A stretch of 63,992 nucleotides of DNA, the filler included, from Stramenopiles sp. TOSAG23-3 (Eukaryota), in the NCBI GenBank assembly GCA_900128585.1. It is 5 parts of 5 records of this genome, joined end to end, with 100 filler letters (N's around TTAATTAATTAA, not from the genome) between each part and the next. Parts side by side here need not be neighbours in the genome. Positions count along the whole stretch, not along the records: positions 1 to 13,094 come from LT642644.1; positions 13,195 to 26,272 come from LT642645.1; 3 more parts are not named here. One strand, 5' to 3'. The notes under the pieces were generated by a model. That model made no database searches. It was not told where the DNA came from and saw only the letters and a list, made by a program, of their open reading frames with translations. The first letter of the stretch is position 1; each line of letters begins with the position of its first letter. Below, one piece after another: positions 10,181 through 21,106 of this stretch. The position numbers and the translations under genes were made by a program.

Positions 10181-13093
10181 TCACCCTTGGGCATTCTTCT
10201 TCCGAAGGCTTCTACAACTCTGCAGAATCAAGAGTCGCCTCTTCCACTCCTTGACGTTTTCACAATTCCCGCATTCACAGCTGCCTTTGACCTCGCAGAC
10301 TTTTTCCTGAATCAACATTTTTTTCATCCCCTTGCAGTGTTTAACGACGCAATTGCCGTCCACGCACTTACTGGCATGAGAGAGAAGATACAGAAGCGCC
10401 TTCCATTGGTCCTTCGTTAGCTTCAAGCGGCGACGGGGCTGCGATGGCTTTGGTCCGTGTCCGCTTTCGCCTGTCTTGCTGCAGCTGTCGCGCCCTTGAC
10501 TGCTCGCATACTCTTCGGGATAATGCAAATGGTGAACAACCATCATGGACGTATGTTTAGCTCGGCGCAGCTGGTCGTACTGGTAAAAATTTCTCTGGCA
10601 CATGCTCAAGAAATTGGAGCGGGTAGCGAACATTTCACTTTCGCGCTTGGGGTTCGGGTCATTGCTAGGATTGGGGATCATTTTGGGGAGTCGCTCTCGA
10701 ATAAATTCGCGGCACCCATGAAACGTATGGTCTCCAAACGTTTTCTTAAAATTCGACAGTTCTTTCTCCTTCGCTTCTTCGCTGCGTACGGCTACCACAT
10801 TCCCCCCAGAGGTACCGTCAGAACTTCCAGCGCCATTGTTCCCCAGCAACGTTCTTCGATCGACAGACGTAGTGACAGAATTGACGAGCTCGACCGTGCT
10901 TACAACAGCTTTGTTCTCTTGAGGTATAACATCAAAACAGTCTTGGCACAGAACGTAATTTTTATCGCCCCATTCTCTGCTACGCTTACACGCATAACGA
11001 TCCACTGAAAGAATGTACTGTTCGCAGCACCAGCACCTTGGGGTCAATTGAACCACAATAAAATCGTCCTTCATCTGGCCCATCGCCGTTGCCAGCTTGC
11101 ACATCAATGCGTCCGGAGTGCCGGGCTCATGGACTCCGTAGCTGCTGTCCTCGTCGGGAACACTGCCTGCCTGCGTGCGTGTTTTGCAGCGCGTCGGACG
11201 ATGGTTTCCCTTGCTTGCCCGTTTTGCTTGAATCTCCGCCCTTCTTTGTTTCTGTTCTTCGTCTCTTGAAATTTTTTTAATCAAGTCCTCCGCCATGCCG
11301 TTCCAACAATCCCCGCTGTAGTACGGCAGCCTCGTCGCGCACGCGTCTTTCCGAACGAAATTATTTTCCTTTTTCTTTGAAACACGTCGACCAGCCTGAG
11401 TCCCACTACCCTCTTCTCCTCTGGACTGCTGAATCGGGTCAACTTTGGTGCCAAAATACTGGTTCCATAAAGTATCCGCGTTGTAGACCAGTCCCTTTCG
11501 TTCCGCCCGGCTCAGCATAGCACGGTACCATTCCCTTAAACGAGCTGCTTTGGGGGTCTTCTGATCTCGAGGTTTGCAGTGCAAAATATAATTGTCATTT
11601 TTCAGCGGCGGGCACGCCCAGAGAAAACCATACACGAACCCGCGTTCGCGTGCGTACGATAGGTATGCAGTGATAATCTCTTGCCAGATCGCAGTGCGCC
11701 ACCTGCTTGGCTGAAAATATTTTACACTGTCGACGTACGATATGTACACGGATCGTTGGTTCGGACCCTCACACCGCTCATCGAATTCATGGGCGTACAT
11801 TACAAAGAGCAAAACATCGGCACCATCGATTCGCTGGAAGAGAAGGATACACTTGCTAGAATAGCTAAACTCGTGCGGGCAATTGTGTTTTTTGTACCGA
11901 CGAAGCATTTCCTGTTGAACGGCTACCGGCTCGTCGCGATTCAAGGCTGTTCGCACAAAAATCTGGGGCAAAGCGGCGCGCGTCTCCACGCCGCACCCTG
12001 CGCTTTCGGCATCTTTTCCCTGAAGCTCTTCCATCCGACGAAACAAGAATCCTTCGATGTAATCCGTCATGCCACTCCTGTCCAACTCGGCTGCGGATTT
12101 CAGCATTTTCGAACGTAAACGGTCCTGCTTACCTAAATTCTTGGCGGCCATTTTCTGCAACAAACACGCTGGGCAATGGAATTCAGTTGCCCGTCCCCGC
12201 TTCTCAAGGTTGGGATTGAAAAGACCGCATACCTGGTGCACCCATTTGTTGCATGTATCACAGCATACCCAACCCTCTTTCCAGTCATTGTTTTTGACGT
12301 GCCTCGTCTTGATAAACTTGGACTTGCTAATGGTGTGTTTGCTGATTGTAATCTCGTCCGGCAAGGCCTTGAAGCAGCTATTGCAAAAAGTAAATTTGTG
12401 ACGTACGTCGGCGAAGTAGTACGCCTTCCGTCGAATGTTCTTGCCGCAAGTTCCATTGCATCTGTACACGGGCATCTGAAATTCCAAATCTTTGCCATTG
12501 CATACCGCGCATACACTGCCGGACTGGCACGTTTCAACGCTTCTCTGCATGCTATTTTCACTATGCCCTTGGGGGCTTGGTGGTGCAGAAAACTCTTGCT
12601 GCAGCGCGTTCAGGTGCTGCTCGATTTGGCCCTGAGTAAAATTAGTCAGCATAGACGAGGGATGACGGAGAAACGTTTCGCGTGAAGAACACCTTGGCTT
12701 CTTTGCAGCTGGACAAAGTCGTCCTTCAGCCCCTCGTTTTCTTGAATCAGAAAGGGATTCACATACACCCAATTGTCGAAGGGAGCGGCAAATGTTGCAT
12801 CCTAATTTTTTGCAGTGCTGCAGATGCTCCAACGCGACCGAGGAAAACTCGCTGTCGATGTCGCCAGTCCTCCGTCCTACCTCCTGCTTCATATTTTGCG
12901 GCATTCCCCGGCTTTCGCATAGTTTTTGTATCCTATTCTTGAGGTAATTATCCTGACGCATTCCCATGCATCTTATCATGCGTCGTTTTAACGTGTTTCG
13001 GTCTTCATAACTGGCTCTCGAACTTGCAGAGTCATAAAGTGACCGTTCTAGTTCCATCGCTATATTATCTTTCGTACCCTGGTCAAGGCTCGC
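10181..13093 (-). CDS. CBP/p300-family histone acetyltransferase (KAT11 HAT, PHD, ZZ/TAZ-like fingers); 5'-partial, frame open into the scaffold end
   Basis: VYISYVDSVKYFQP, FLWACPPLKNDNYILHCKPRDQKTPK, LPYYSGDCW, YQYDQLRRAKHTSMMVVHHLH motifs; PHD WVCCDTCNKWVHQVCGLF. Confidence 0.93.
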   Translation of the reverse strand, partial: ASLDQGTKDNIAMELERSLYDSASSRASYEDRNTLKRRMIRCMGMRQDNYLKNRIQKLCESRGMPQNMKQEVGRRTGDIDSEFSSVALEHLQHCKKLGCNICRSLRQLGVCESLSDSRKRGAEGRLCPAAKKPRCSSRETFLRHPSSMLTNFTQGQIEQHLNALQQEFSAPPSPQGHSENSMQRSVETCQSGSVCAVCNGKDLEFQMPVYRCNGTCGKNIRRKAYYFADVRHKFTFCNSCFKALPDEITISKHTISKSKFIKTRHVKNNDWKEGWVCCDTCNKWVHQVCGLFNPNLEKRGRATEFHCPACLLQKMAAKNLGKQDRLRSKMLKSAAELDRSGMTDYIEGFLFRRMEELQGKDAESAGCGVETRAALPQIFVRTALNRDEPVAVQQEMLRRYKKHNCPHEFSYSSKCILLFQRIDGADVLLFVMYAHEFDERCEGPNQRSVYISYVDSVKYFQPSRWRTAIWQEIITAYLSYARERGFVYGFLWACPPLKNDNYILHCKPRDQKTPKAARLREWYRAMLSRAERKGLVYNADTLWNQYFGTKVDPIQQSRGEEGSGTQAGRRVSKKKENNFVRKDACATRLPYYSGDCWNGMAEDLIKKISRDEEQKQRRAEIQAKRASKGNHRPTRCKTRTQAGSVPDEDSSYGVHEPGTPDALMCKLATAMGQMKDDFIVVQLTPRCWCCEQYILSVDRYACKRSREWGDKNYVLCQDCFDVIPQENKAVVSTVELVNSVTTSVDRRTLLGNNGAGSSDGTSGGNVVAVRSEEAKEKELSNFKKTFGDHTFHGCREFIRERLPKMIPNPSNDPNPKRESEMFATRSNFLSMCQRNFYQYDQLRRAKHTSMMVVHHLHYPEEYASSQGRDSCSKTGESGHGPKPSQPRRRLKLTKDQWKALLYLLSHASKCVDGNCVVKHCKGMKKMLIQEKVCEVKGSCECGNCENVKEWKRRLLILQSCRSLRKKNAQG

Positions 13094-13094
13094 A

Positions 13095-13194
13095 NNNNNN
13101 NNNNNNNNNNNNNNNNNNNNNNNNNNNNNNNNNNNNNNTTAATTAATTAANNNNNNNNNNNNNNNNNNNNNNNNNNNNNNNNNNNNNNNNNNNN
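13095..13194. other. Artificial scaffold linker (N44-TTAATTAATTAA-N44)
   Basis: 100-nt spacer with six-frame stop core, identical at four sites. Confidence 0.97.
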
Positions 13195-13649
13195 GAAGAA
13201 GAAGAGATATAATAATAATAATAATTTTTTTTTTTACCCGCCTCGCCTCTCTTCTTATTAGTGTTATTATCAGGGTTAAAGTGATTTTAATCACTTCATC
13301 CTTCACCATTCATTATCCCTTCCTATTCTATTTCCTTCCAATAAACTATATTTATACTTATGTATATAATAAGAATACAATATTAAATAGAGGGCTATGA
13401 GATATGAGCTATGAGCTCTCTGTTCAAGAAGCGAGCAGCAAGAAGAAAAAGAGAGAAACAAACTAACTAAGAAGAAAAGGAAGAAAGGAAAAAGATAATG
13501 AATAAATGAATGAATGAATGACTGAAAGCGGAAGAATGTTAGAAAAGTACTGATTCGTTCGTAAACGGATCCTTCAATAACAGCAAAGGATTAACAAACA
13601 AATTGTTAAAGAAAGGATTTAGCTCTATTAAAACAATTGTACACGTATC

Positions 13650-14483
13650 ATGGCTGCTTTAGGAAATTGGGGCGACGAAGACCACGACGACTACCTTCCC
13701 CCTCGTCAGGTAACCGGCCCAGATGCCAACGGTGTAAAAACTGTAGTCGAATACAAACACAACGAAGACGGCAAAAAGGTGAGGATCACGACGAAGATAC
13801 AGGAGAAGAAAGTAAGCAAAAAGTTGTCGAAGAAAATTGCCGAGCGAAAGCAATGGGTTAAGTTTGGCGACGTCGCGGGAAAAGGCGAACCGGGGACTAT
13901 TGACGAAAACTCAACAATAGTGTCGATGGACACCGTACGCGTAGAGGGCCCGCACGAACCAAAGAAGGATTCCTCGGACGATTTGATCGAGCGGTTAAAA
14001 GAAATGCAAATCAAGAAGGCGATGGGAGGAGGCCTTAGGCGAATGCCAAGGGCCGAAGATGTGGAGAGGGAGCTTGCTGCGGATGGCTCCGGGACACGGT
14101 ACGTGCCGCCTAGTTTGCGAGGAGGCCGTGGGGAGGGCGAAAAGATGCGCACCCGGGACGACAGCGCCACGCTCCGTGTCACCAATTTGTCCAGCGACGC
14201 CACGGAGCAAGACGTGCGCACTTTGTTCAACCACTACGGCCAAGTCACTCGTGTCTTCATTGCGGTTGATCGTGAAACGAAACTATCTCGTGGTTTTGCA
14301 TTTGTTAGCTTTTTTGACCGTGCTGGTGCAGCCCAGGCAAAGGAGAAATTGAATGGGTATGGATACGATCATTTAATCCTGAAAATCGACTGGGCCGAAC
14401 CGTCGAAGCAAAAGGACCCAGGGGTGGACAATGCCATGAAGTACGCGTCTGGGTACGGAAAAGCTCTCCCCCAAGGATTGTAA
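13650..14483 (+). CDS. EIF3G: Eukaryotic translation initiation factor 3 subunit G
   Basis: N-terminal eIF3g domain (GVKTVVEYK..ERKQWVKFG), YVPPSLR, C-terminal RRM ending LNGYGYDHLILKIDWA. Confidence 0.96.
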   Translation: MAALGNWGDEDHDDYLPPRQVTGPDANGVKTVVEYKHNEDGKKVRITTKIQEKKVSKKLSKKIAERKQWVKFGDVAGKGEPGTIDENSTIVSMDTVRVEGPHEPKKDSSDDLIERLKEMQIKKAMGGGLRRMPRAEDVERELAADGSGTRYVPPSLRGGRGEGEKMRTRDDSATLRVTNLSSDATEQDVRTLFNHYGQVTRVFIAVDRETKLSRGFAFVSFFDRAGAAQAKEKLNGYGYDHLILKIDWAEPSKQKDPGVDNAMKYASGYGKALPQGL

Positions 14484-14621
14484 ATGTCTGGACCGGCAGC
14501 AGTAGAGTAAAATTAGTTTTGAACACCATGATCTCCTTTTGATAATTGGAGAATAAATGTAAGATATCATACGTTACGTCGCTCGACACCTCGCACGACC
14601 CTCCCTAATCTCTCTCTCTCT

Positions 14622-16799
14622 TTAGTCCTCCTTCAGCCATGCCAAAAACTCTTCGGTGTCAATTTCACCGCTCTCGTCTTCGTCGATGTAATCTAGCGCG
14701 CCTGCCAGCTCCTCCTCGGTCAAGTGGACACCCATGTCTTTCACCAACAGGCCAAACTCTTCCCCGTCAATGGCCCCGTCCCCGCTCTCGTCGTACTTGC
14801 TGAACGCCCGTGTCGCTATTGTATCAATGTCGCTGTCGCTCCCTGCTGCTGCCTGCGTAAAGACCCGGAGCAAGGTGCCCTTCACCACGGCGCCGACCCC
14901 CAGCTGACACATCGTTAGGTTCCCATTCAGCTGCATCTCTTTCAAGACACCCGGGCGTCTAGTTATCAAGTTTCCTTGAAGGTACAGGGTATGCAAGCTG
15001 GTCATGTAAATCATTTCTTTCGGGACGCTCGTGTTCACCATACGATTCGCCGACATGAACAGCTGCTCTAAGTTCCGCAGGTTCCCAATCTCGGGGGGCA
15101 GGGTCGAGATCTCGTTCCCGCTGAGTTCCAGGCGCTTTAATTTTTGGAGTTTCTGGATGGTGTTTGGAACGATCGCTATCTTGTTGCCCTGGCACCACAA
15201 ATCGGTCAACGACGTCATTCCAAAGCACTGCGGGGGAATTTCTTGGAACCGGTTGTCGCCGATTTGCAGCTCTTCCAGCTTCGTCAGCACCCGCATCTCG
15301 TAGGGCAGCGTGCTGATCTTGTTTCCGTCCAAGAACAAGTTCCGCAAATTGGCCAACCTCGCCAGCTGCCAATCTACTTCCTTTATCAAGTTGTTGCTGA
15401 GCTGCAAGTTCTGGAGCAGCACAAGCTTTTCAATCCCGTCCGGGACGCAGGTCAGATCGTTCCCGCCCAGCATCAAGGTCCGCAGGTTGCGCAGGTTCCC
15501 GATGTCTGTCGGTATTGTGGCAAAATGGTTCTCGTTCAGCATCAGCAGGGAGACCCCTGCGCACCGCTCGGGGGGCTGGAAGAGCATCCCAGGGCATTTA
15601 TCTAGTTCTCTGTAGGACAAATCGATGTGCCCTTGCTTCCCAAAGGCACTCCCGTCTTCGATTTCTTGGTACACGGAGCAGTGGTGCAGCACCCGGAGGC
15701 CGGCGGGGGTGTCTTCGTCCTCTTTCTGGCCGTGGGCCTTCACGCCAACAAGGGTCTTGCGTTTCGCCTTTGCTTCTAAAGTTTTTTTGTTCATGCGCAC
15801 TCGCAAAGGCCTCAAAATCCCCTGCTCTTTCAACGTTTCTTCGTAACCGAGCCGCCCGTTGTAGTGGACGGAGCTGTAAAGCTCGTACGGCTCGTCTATC
15901 CTTAAGGGCCGGCCCTTCTCGTCGATCACTGCCATTTTCCCTTGTTTCCGCCTTATCAAGCGTTCCAGGTCCCCGACCTTGGTGTGCACCCCAATGTTGA
16001 CCGTCCCGGCGGTCAGGTCGTGCTGGTGCTTCCCCCCAGGGGCACCGCTGCCACTGCTTCTTTTTAACTCCTCTAAACGTTTTCGCTTTTTCTCGTCCTC
16101 CGCCTGCTCGTTGTCGCTCTCGCCGCTGTCTACGTCCGATTCGTCGTCGTTGAATATGTGAACAAAGCACATTCGGGGGTAGCAGCCGTATTGCTTCGGG
16201 ACGGGCGCGCTCGGGTCCGTAAAATCCCACTTTACCGGGACGTGGCTTGTGACGATATTTGCCACCAGCAAAGGCGCTTTCCCAGTGCTCACAGAAACGA
16301 CGGTCGGGGAGCCGGGCTCCTTCGGGGCCTGCGCATCGGCGTTGGATTTCTTTCGCAGGGAACGGACTGCGTTGGAGGGACTTCCCGACGCCACCGGCAC
16401 GGGAAGGTGTGGGTCGCTTTCTTTCTCCTCTTCCGCGGGCTCCCGCGGGGTGGGAGCGGCAGGGTTGTCCTCGTCTACGCTCGACAGCGAGGCCTTCAAG
16501 GCGGTCGTGTTCCTCAGCGCTTCCTCCTTGTCTAGTTGGGCCTGCTTCAGCGCGGCCTCCACCCGGGCCATCTCGGCATCGATCGACTCGTTCAATTCTT
16601 CGTTCTTTTCCAGCCTGACGTGCGACAGCGGAAAAATCCCTTCGGTGCCGTCGTCAAGCCTCCCTTCCATCCATTCGCCAGAATCTCTAACAATCTTTTT
16701 CTGGGCGTCCTTGATCGTGACAGCATCCCCTTTAATAAACGTTAACTCATTTTCTTCTCTAGCGATGTAATCCTTGGTCACGACAGCTTTCGACGCCAT
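14622..16799 (-). CDS. SH3 / ubiquitin-like / leucine-rich-repeat / EF-hand protein
   Basis: ATG 16799; SH3 DYIAREENELTFIKGD..WMEG..GIFP; ~9 LxxLxLxxN repeats; two EF loops DESGDGAIDGEE and DEDESGEIDTEE. Confidence 0.85.
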   Translation of the reverse strand: MASKAVVTKDYIAREENELTFIKGDAVTIKDAQKKIVRDSGEWMEGRLDDGTEGIFPLSHVRLEKNEELNESIDAEMARVEAALKQAQLDKEEALRNTTALKASLSSVDEDNPAAPTPREPAEEEKESDPHLPVPVASGSPSNAVRSLRKKSNADAQAPKEPGSPTVVSVSTGKAPLLVANIVTSHVPVKWDFTDPSAPVPKQYGCYPRMCFVHIFNDDESDVDSGESDNEQAEDEKKRKRLEELKRSSGSGAPGGKHQHDLTAGTVNIGVHTKVGDLERLIRRKQGKMAVIDEKGRPLRIDEPYELYSSVHYNGRLGYEETLKEQGILRPLRVRMNKKTLEAKAKRKTLVGVKAHGQKEDEDTPAGLRVLHHCSVYQEIEDGSAFGKQGHIDLSYRELDKCPGMLFQPPERCAGVSLLMLNENHFATIPTDIGNLRNLRTLMLGGNDLTCVPDGIEKLVLLQNLQLSNNLIKEVDWQLARLANLRNLFLDGNKISTLPYEMRVLTKLEELQIGDNRFQEIPPQCFGMTSLTDLWCQGNKIAIVPNTIQKLQKLKRLELSGNEISTLPPEIGNLRNLEQLFMSANRMVNTSVPKEMIYMTSLHTLYLQGNLITRRPGVLKEMQLNGNLTMCQLGVGAVVKGTLLRVFTQAAAGSDSDIDTIATRAFSKYDESGDGAIDGEEFGLLVKDMGVHLTEEELAGALDYIDEDESGEIDTEEFLAWLKED

Positions 16800-18962
16800 T
16801 CCGAAACGTGCCAAATCGTCGTATCAACCGCCTGTGCGTAAAACTACCCTAACCCGACTGATACGTTAAGATTAGTTGGAAAACGTGAACTCAAAAATGA
16901 CAGATAGACAGGTATACTATGTTTATTTATACGTACGATGGATCTCGCTGTGTTTTTATACAATGACACTTAAAGTGGTGATAATTGTGTACACTAATTG
17001 ACACGAACGACTGACTTTGAAGTTGTTATTCTTCTACTTTTCTTCTTTTTAATCTTTTACACTCTCTATTTCCTTATTATTATTTATTACATAAATTATA
17101 GTTTTTCTTTTATTGAGATTTTAAACTCACTCATTCCGTATAAGCTAGGCTATATAACGGTATTTCCCCAGGAGGATATGATTATTTTTTTTTTAAATAA
17201 TTTATTTTTAGATATTTTTTTATTTTATTATTATTAAAAGCTAAAAGCTTTCTCCACAGCTTAACAACAAGCTCTTATTATAATTAGAAGAAAGAAGAAA
17301 GAAGAAGAAAGAAGAAAGAAGAAGGAAGAAGGAAGAAGGAAGAAGAAGAAAGAAGACAGATCAAATTACGGAGAGTTCAGTCTTTTCAAAATTAAGGATA
17401 TCTTCCTTCCGTCTAAATAAAAGTGTGCCTCTTCGGTATGGTATAGTAACGACATGGAGTTTAAATTCATACTCCCTAAATAAACAAATCTTGATTGCCT
17501 TAATTATCATAGTGGCTTCTTTCGTCCATAATAGAACACACCATCACTTCTCTGAAAAATCATTGTCTATACTTATGTTTTGTATTAAATCTCCTATTAG
17601 TTTTAGTACAATACAAGGAAGGCAACGGAAACATGAGAAAAAAGAAGAAGAAAATTAAAAAAATATGCAAGAAGAGAGAGAAGAGAAGAGAATCTGAGAA
17701 GAGAAGAGAAGAGAAGAGAAGAGAAGAGAGAAGAGAGAGAAGAGTGGGCTCAAGGAAGATGGAATGTCATTATGGTGTACTATGGAATAAAATAATAGGA
17801 GCTGGTATAGATAATAATAATACTTATACAAATACGAATTATTTTAATTGTAATTCTTGAGGGGGGGGCACACGGTCGGTGGGCACACGGGCACAGGGCA
17901 CACCCACCCACCTTCCATCCTTGATTCCTTTTCTCTCGCCTCGGCTCGGCATTCCCTTCCGATTCTTAAATAGAACCGACTATTAAACCTGGTTTTGTTA
18001 CATAATTATTTTCTACCACCGTACGTAACTCTTTTCTACGATCTCTAGTCTCTAATCGTGTATGAAGGTTAGTAAATTCTTTTAAATGGGCACATCATAG
18101 AATTTAAAACATTTGGAATGAGTGCCAACTACCGTAAACGTACAAAGCTATAATAATATACCACAACCGAATACAGTGCCAGTACCGGTATAAAGAAAGA
18201 AGTAATAAAAGAAAACAACAGTCTGTCTCAGATCAGAAGAAGAAGTTGGCGTTACTCGTCTGTAGGTCACATTAATTATAAAATATTAATTAATATTAAT
18301 ACAGCATTGCATTACTTACAGAAGAGTGTTAAATAATTAAAAAATCTTTTTTCTTGCGTTCCGTACTGTACTGTACCGTACCGTACCGTACCGAACCATC
18401 CTCCTCCCTCTAGAAGCGGAAGAGAAGGGAACAAAACAAAATCATAACATTACACAGCATCTATTCACCCTCATCCACCCACTACCCTTTTTTTCTTCAT
18501 GGATCCGATTATATATATAATTAAGGTAAGTAATTATAAAAATAAAAAAGAATTTATAAACAGTACATAAAGATAATATATAATACTTTTTATTCAATTA
18601 TTTGTATATTACTTAATATATGTATAAAATGTGGCGAAGCACTTTCATCATCAGTCTTTCAGATATCTAAAAAAAAAATTAACATGAAAATAGAATCAAA
18701 AATATTATAATAATTTTATTATTTATAATATTTTATTTTGGCGGTGCTGTTGGCAATCACTATTTTATACCAACTACACATACTTTGACTTCACCACCAA
18801 TCAACTTACTTCGTTCTACCCATTCAGTAATTGAGAAAGAAACATCGTGTGAATAGTTCAATGGAATTTACAGAGAAAAGAAGACAAAGAAAATTGTAAT
18901 TGTTGCATTAGACAAAAATAACTGAAGAAAAATCTAACACGCTAAAAACAACACCCATCACC

Positions 18963-21005
18963 ATGCCAAAAACTTACTGCACCGAGGCAAACGAAGTCTT
19001 TCCCATCAAGGTGGGGACCGACGAGGCGTCCGACGGAATGGAACTTCAAACTTTCTGGAATGCATTCAGCAAGACCCGAGAGGACTATGGGGACAAGTTG
19101 GCTTACTGTGCATGTGAGCAAAAGCAAACCGACACCGGGTACTACACCTCCGGCAGTTTGGAGCAAAAAACCTTTAACGAAACCTACGCCGATGCGCACA
19201 GTTTCGGACGTGCCCTGATCGCAACTGGGTTAAAGAAGTACCAAAGTGTAAACATCATTGGCTTCAACTCTTACCAGTGGGTTATTGCAGACATCGGTGG
19301 AATGATGGCTTCCGCCCTTGCCGCCGGTGTATACGCAACGAACAACGAAGACGCCTGCCAGTACCAAGCGGAGCACAGTGAAGCGCACACCGTCGTTTGC
19401 GAAGGCAAAATGCAGCTGGGAAAGTACCAGGCCATCCTCGACGACAAGGTAAACGGTGGTTTGCCCAAACTGAAGGTGGTTGTCGTGTACAACATGAGCC
19501 CAGACGACGCCTCCGCCCAGAAAGCTGCGTTTGCAAAGCACAACGTTCAGCTGTACGAATTTAACGAGTTCTTGGCGGTTGACTCGAAAAAGGACTTTGC
19601 GGAAGAGCTTGACGCACGCTTGAACGCCCAGCAACCAGGGAACTGCATCAAATTGATCTACACCAGTGGGACCACCGGCCGCCCGAAGGCCGTCATGATC
19701 AGTCACGACAACATGGTCTGGACGTCCAAAATGATGGAAAGGCACATGGGAGGGGTGTTCGCCACCGACAAAATGGTCAGTTACTTGCCACTGAGCCACA
19801 TCGCGGCCCAGCTGCTCGACATTGGGCTGGCCTGCTGCTTCGGCGGAGCCATCTACTTTGCACGACCAGACGCGTTGAAAGGGACCATCGGCGAGACCCT
19901 CCGGTCCGTGCAGCCAAACATCTTTTTCGGCGTGCCCCGTGTATGGGAAAAGATTGCCGCGAAGATCAAAGCTGCCGGTGCCGGAAACACTGGCATCAAG
20001 AAGGCCATCGCGACCTGGGCCAAAGGCCTTGGCACCCAGTACAGCGAAGCCCGCCAAGGGTTCTCTGACGGACGGCCAAACTACAACAACGCCAGTGCCC
20101 CGTGCGGCTTTGGGTGTGCCAACTGCATCGTGTTCAACAAGGTTGCCACTGTCCTCGGCCTGACTAACTGCCGCATGGGCATTACCGGCGCCGCCCCCAT
20201 CGCAAAAGAGACATTGGACTTTTACAGCGCCCTGAACTTTCCAGTTATGGAAGTCTACGGCCAGTCCGAATGCACTGGTCCAGCAACCTGCACCACCCCA
20301 GAAGTTGGCTGGAAAGCCGGCACCGTCGGTCCCACCCTCCCAGGCACGACCATGCGCATCGACCCCAACACGCAAGAAATCCAGTACACTGGTCGCCACA
20401 TTTTCATGGGATACTTGAAGAACAAGACCAAGACCGAGGATACCTTCTGCGACGACGGTTGGCTTGCGTCCGGAGACCAAGGGAAACTCGACGAAGACAA
20501 CTTCCTAAGCATTACCGGTCGTATCAAGGAGTTGATCATTGGTGCCGGCGGTGAAAACATTGCCCCAGTCCCCATCGAGAAGAACATGAAGAAGGCCATG
20601 CCATGGCTGTCCAACTGCATTGTGTTCGGAGAAAGAAAACCATACCTGGGTATGTTTGTGTCCTTGACCTGCACCATGGACCCGGCGACAATGCGACCAA
20701 CCGACCAACTGGAAGGTGCCTCGTTGCAATTCTTGAAATCTATCGGAAGCGACGCAACCACTTACTCGGCCGCCAAAAAATGCGAAAAATTAGCTGCGGC
20801 ATTGACCGCTGGTATGGGCAAAGGAAACGAAGAAGCCATCTCGCGTGCCCAAACCCCAAGGTTCTGGGTGTTTTTGGATGAGGACCTCAGCATGCCCGCT
20901 GATACCCTCGGTCCAACGTTGAAGATGAAACGAGGAAACGTTTACAAGCAAAATGCCCAACAAATCGAAGCCGCATACGAAGCCAACAACGCGAAGAGGC
21001 GTTAA
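18963..21005 (+). CDS. ACSBG: Long-chain fatty acid-CoA ligase, bubblegum (ACSBG) type
   Basis: YTSGTTGRPKAVMISHDN, YLPLSHIA, YGQSE, ITGRIKELIIGAGGENIAP, GPTLKMKR. Confidence 0.93.
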   Translation: MPKTYCTEANEVFPIKVGTDEASDGMELQTFWNAFSKTREDYGDKLAYCACEQKQTDTGYYTSGSLEQKTFNETYADAHSFGRALIATGLKKYQSVNIIGFNSYQWVIADIGGMMASALAAGVYATNNEDACQYQAEHSEAHTVVCEGKMQLGKYQAILDDKVNGGLPKLKVVVVYNMSPDDASAQKAAFAKHNVQLYEFNEFLAVDSKKDFAEELDARLNAQQPGNCIKLIYTSGTTGRPKAVMISHDNMVWTSKMMERHMGGVFATDKMVSYLPLSHIAAQLLDIGLACCFGGAIYFARPDALKGTIGETLRSVQPNIFFGVPRVWEKIAAKIKAAGAGNTGIKKAIATWAKGLGTQYSEARQGFSDGRPNYNNASAPCGFGCANCIVFNKVATVLGLTNCRMGITGAAPIAKETLDFYSALNFPVMEVYGQSECTGPATCTTPEVGWKAGTVGPTLPGTTMRIDPNTQEIQYTGRHIFMGYLKNKTKTEDTFCDDGWLASGDQGKLDEDNFLSITGRIKELIIGAGGENIAPVPIEKNMKKAMPWLSNCIVFGERKPYLGMFVSLTCTMDPATMRPTDQLEGASLQFLKSIGSDATTYSAAKKCEKLAAALTAGMGKGNEEAISRAQTPRFWVFLDEDLSMPADTLGPTLKMKRGNVYKQNAQQIEAAYEANNAKRR

Positions 21006-21083
21006 GCGGCTACTACGGCGATCGTGCCCCAGCGTGTTGTTAATCGGCATACCACGCCGAACCCAACGCGCACTCTTTTTTAG

Positions 21084-21106
21084 AAAACAAGAAAATTGGC
21101 TGTTAT
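21084..21106 (+). promoter_or_regulatory. Conserved gene-3'-associated element, copy 2
   Basis: AAAACAAGAAAATTGGCTGTTAT ~80 nt after the ACSBG stop, sense strand. Confidence 0.6.

Noticed and set aside
13139-13150. TTAATTAATTAA palindrome as a biological motif
   Set aside because: Always centred in N44 pads; an artificial six-frame stop linker.
19230-20480. 416-aa antisense ORF, and other shadow ORFs over real genes
   Set aside because: Expected from codon bias on the opposite strand of well-supported genes; no motifs.
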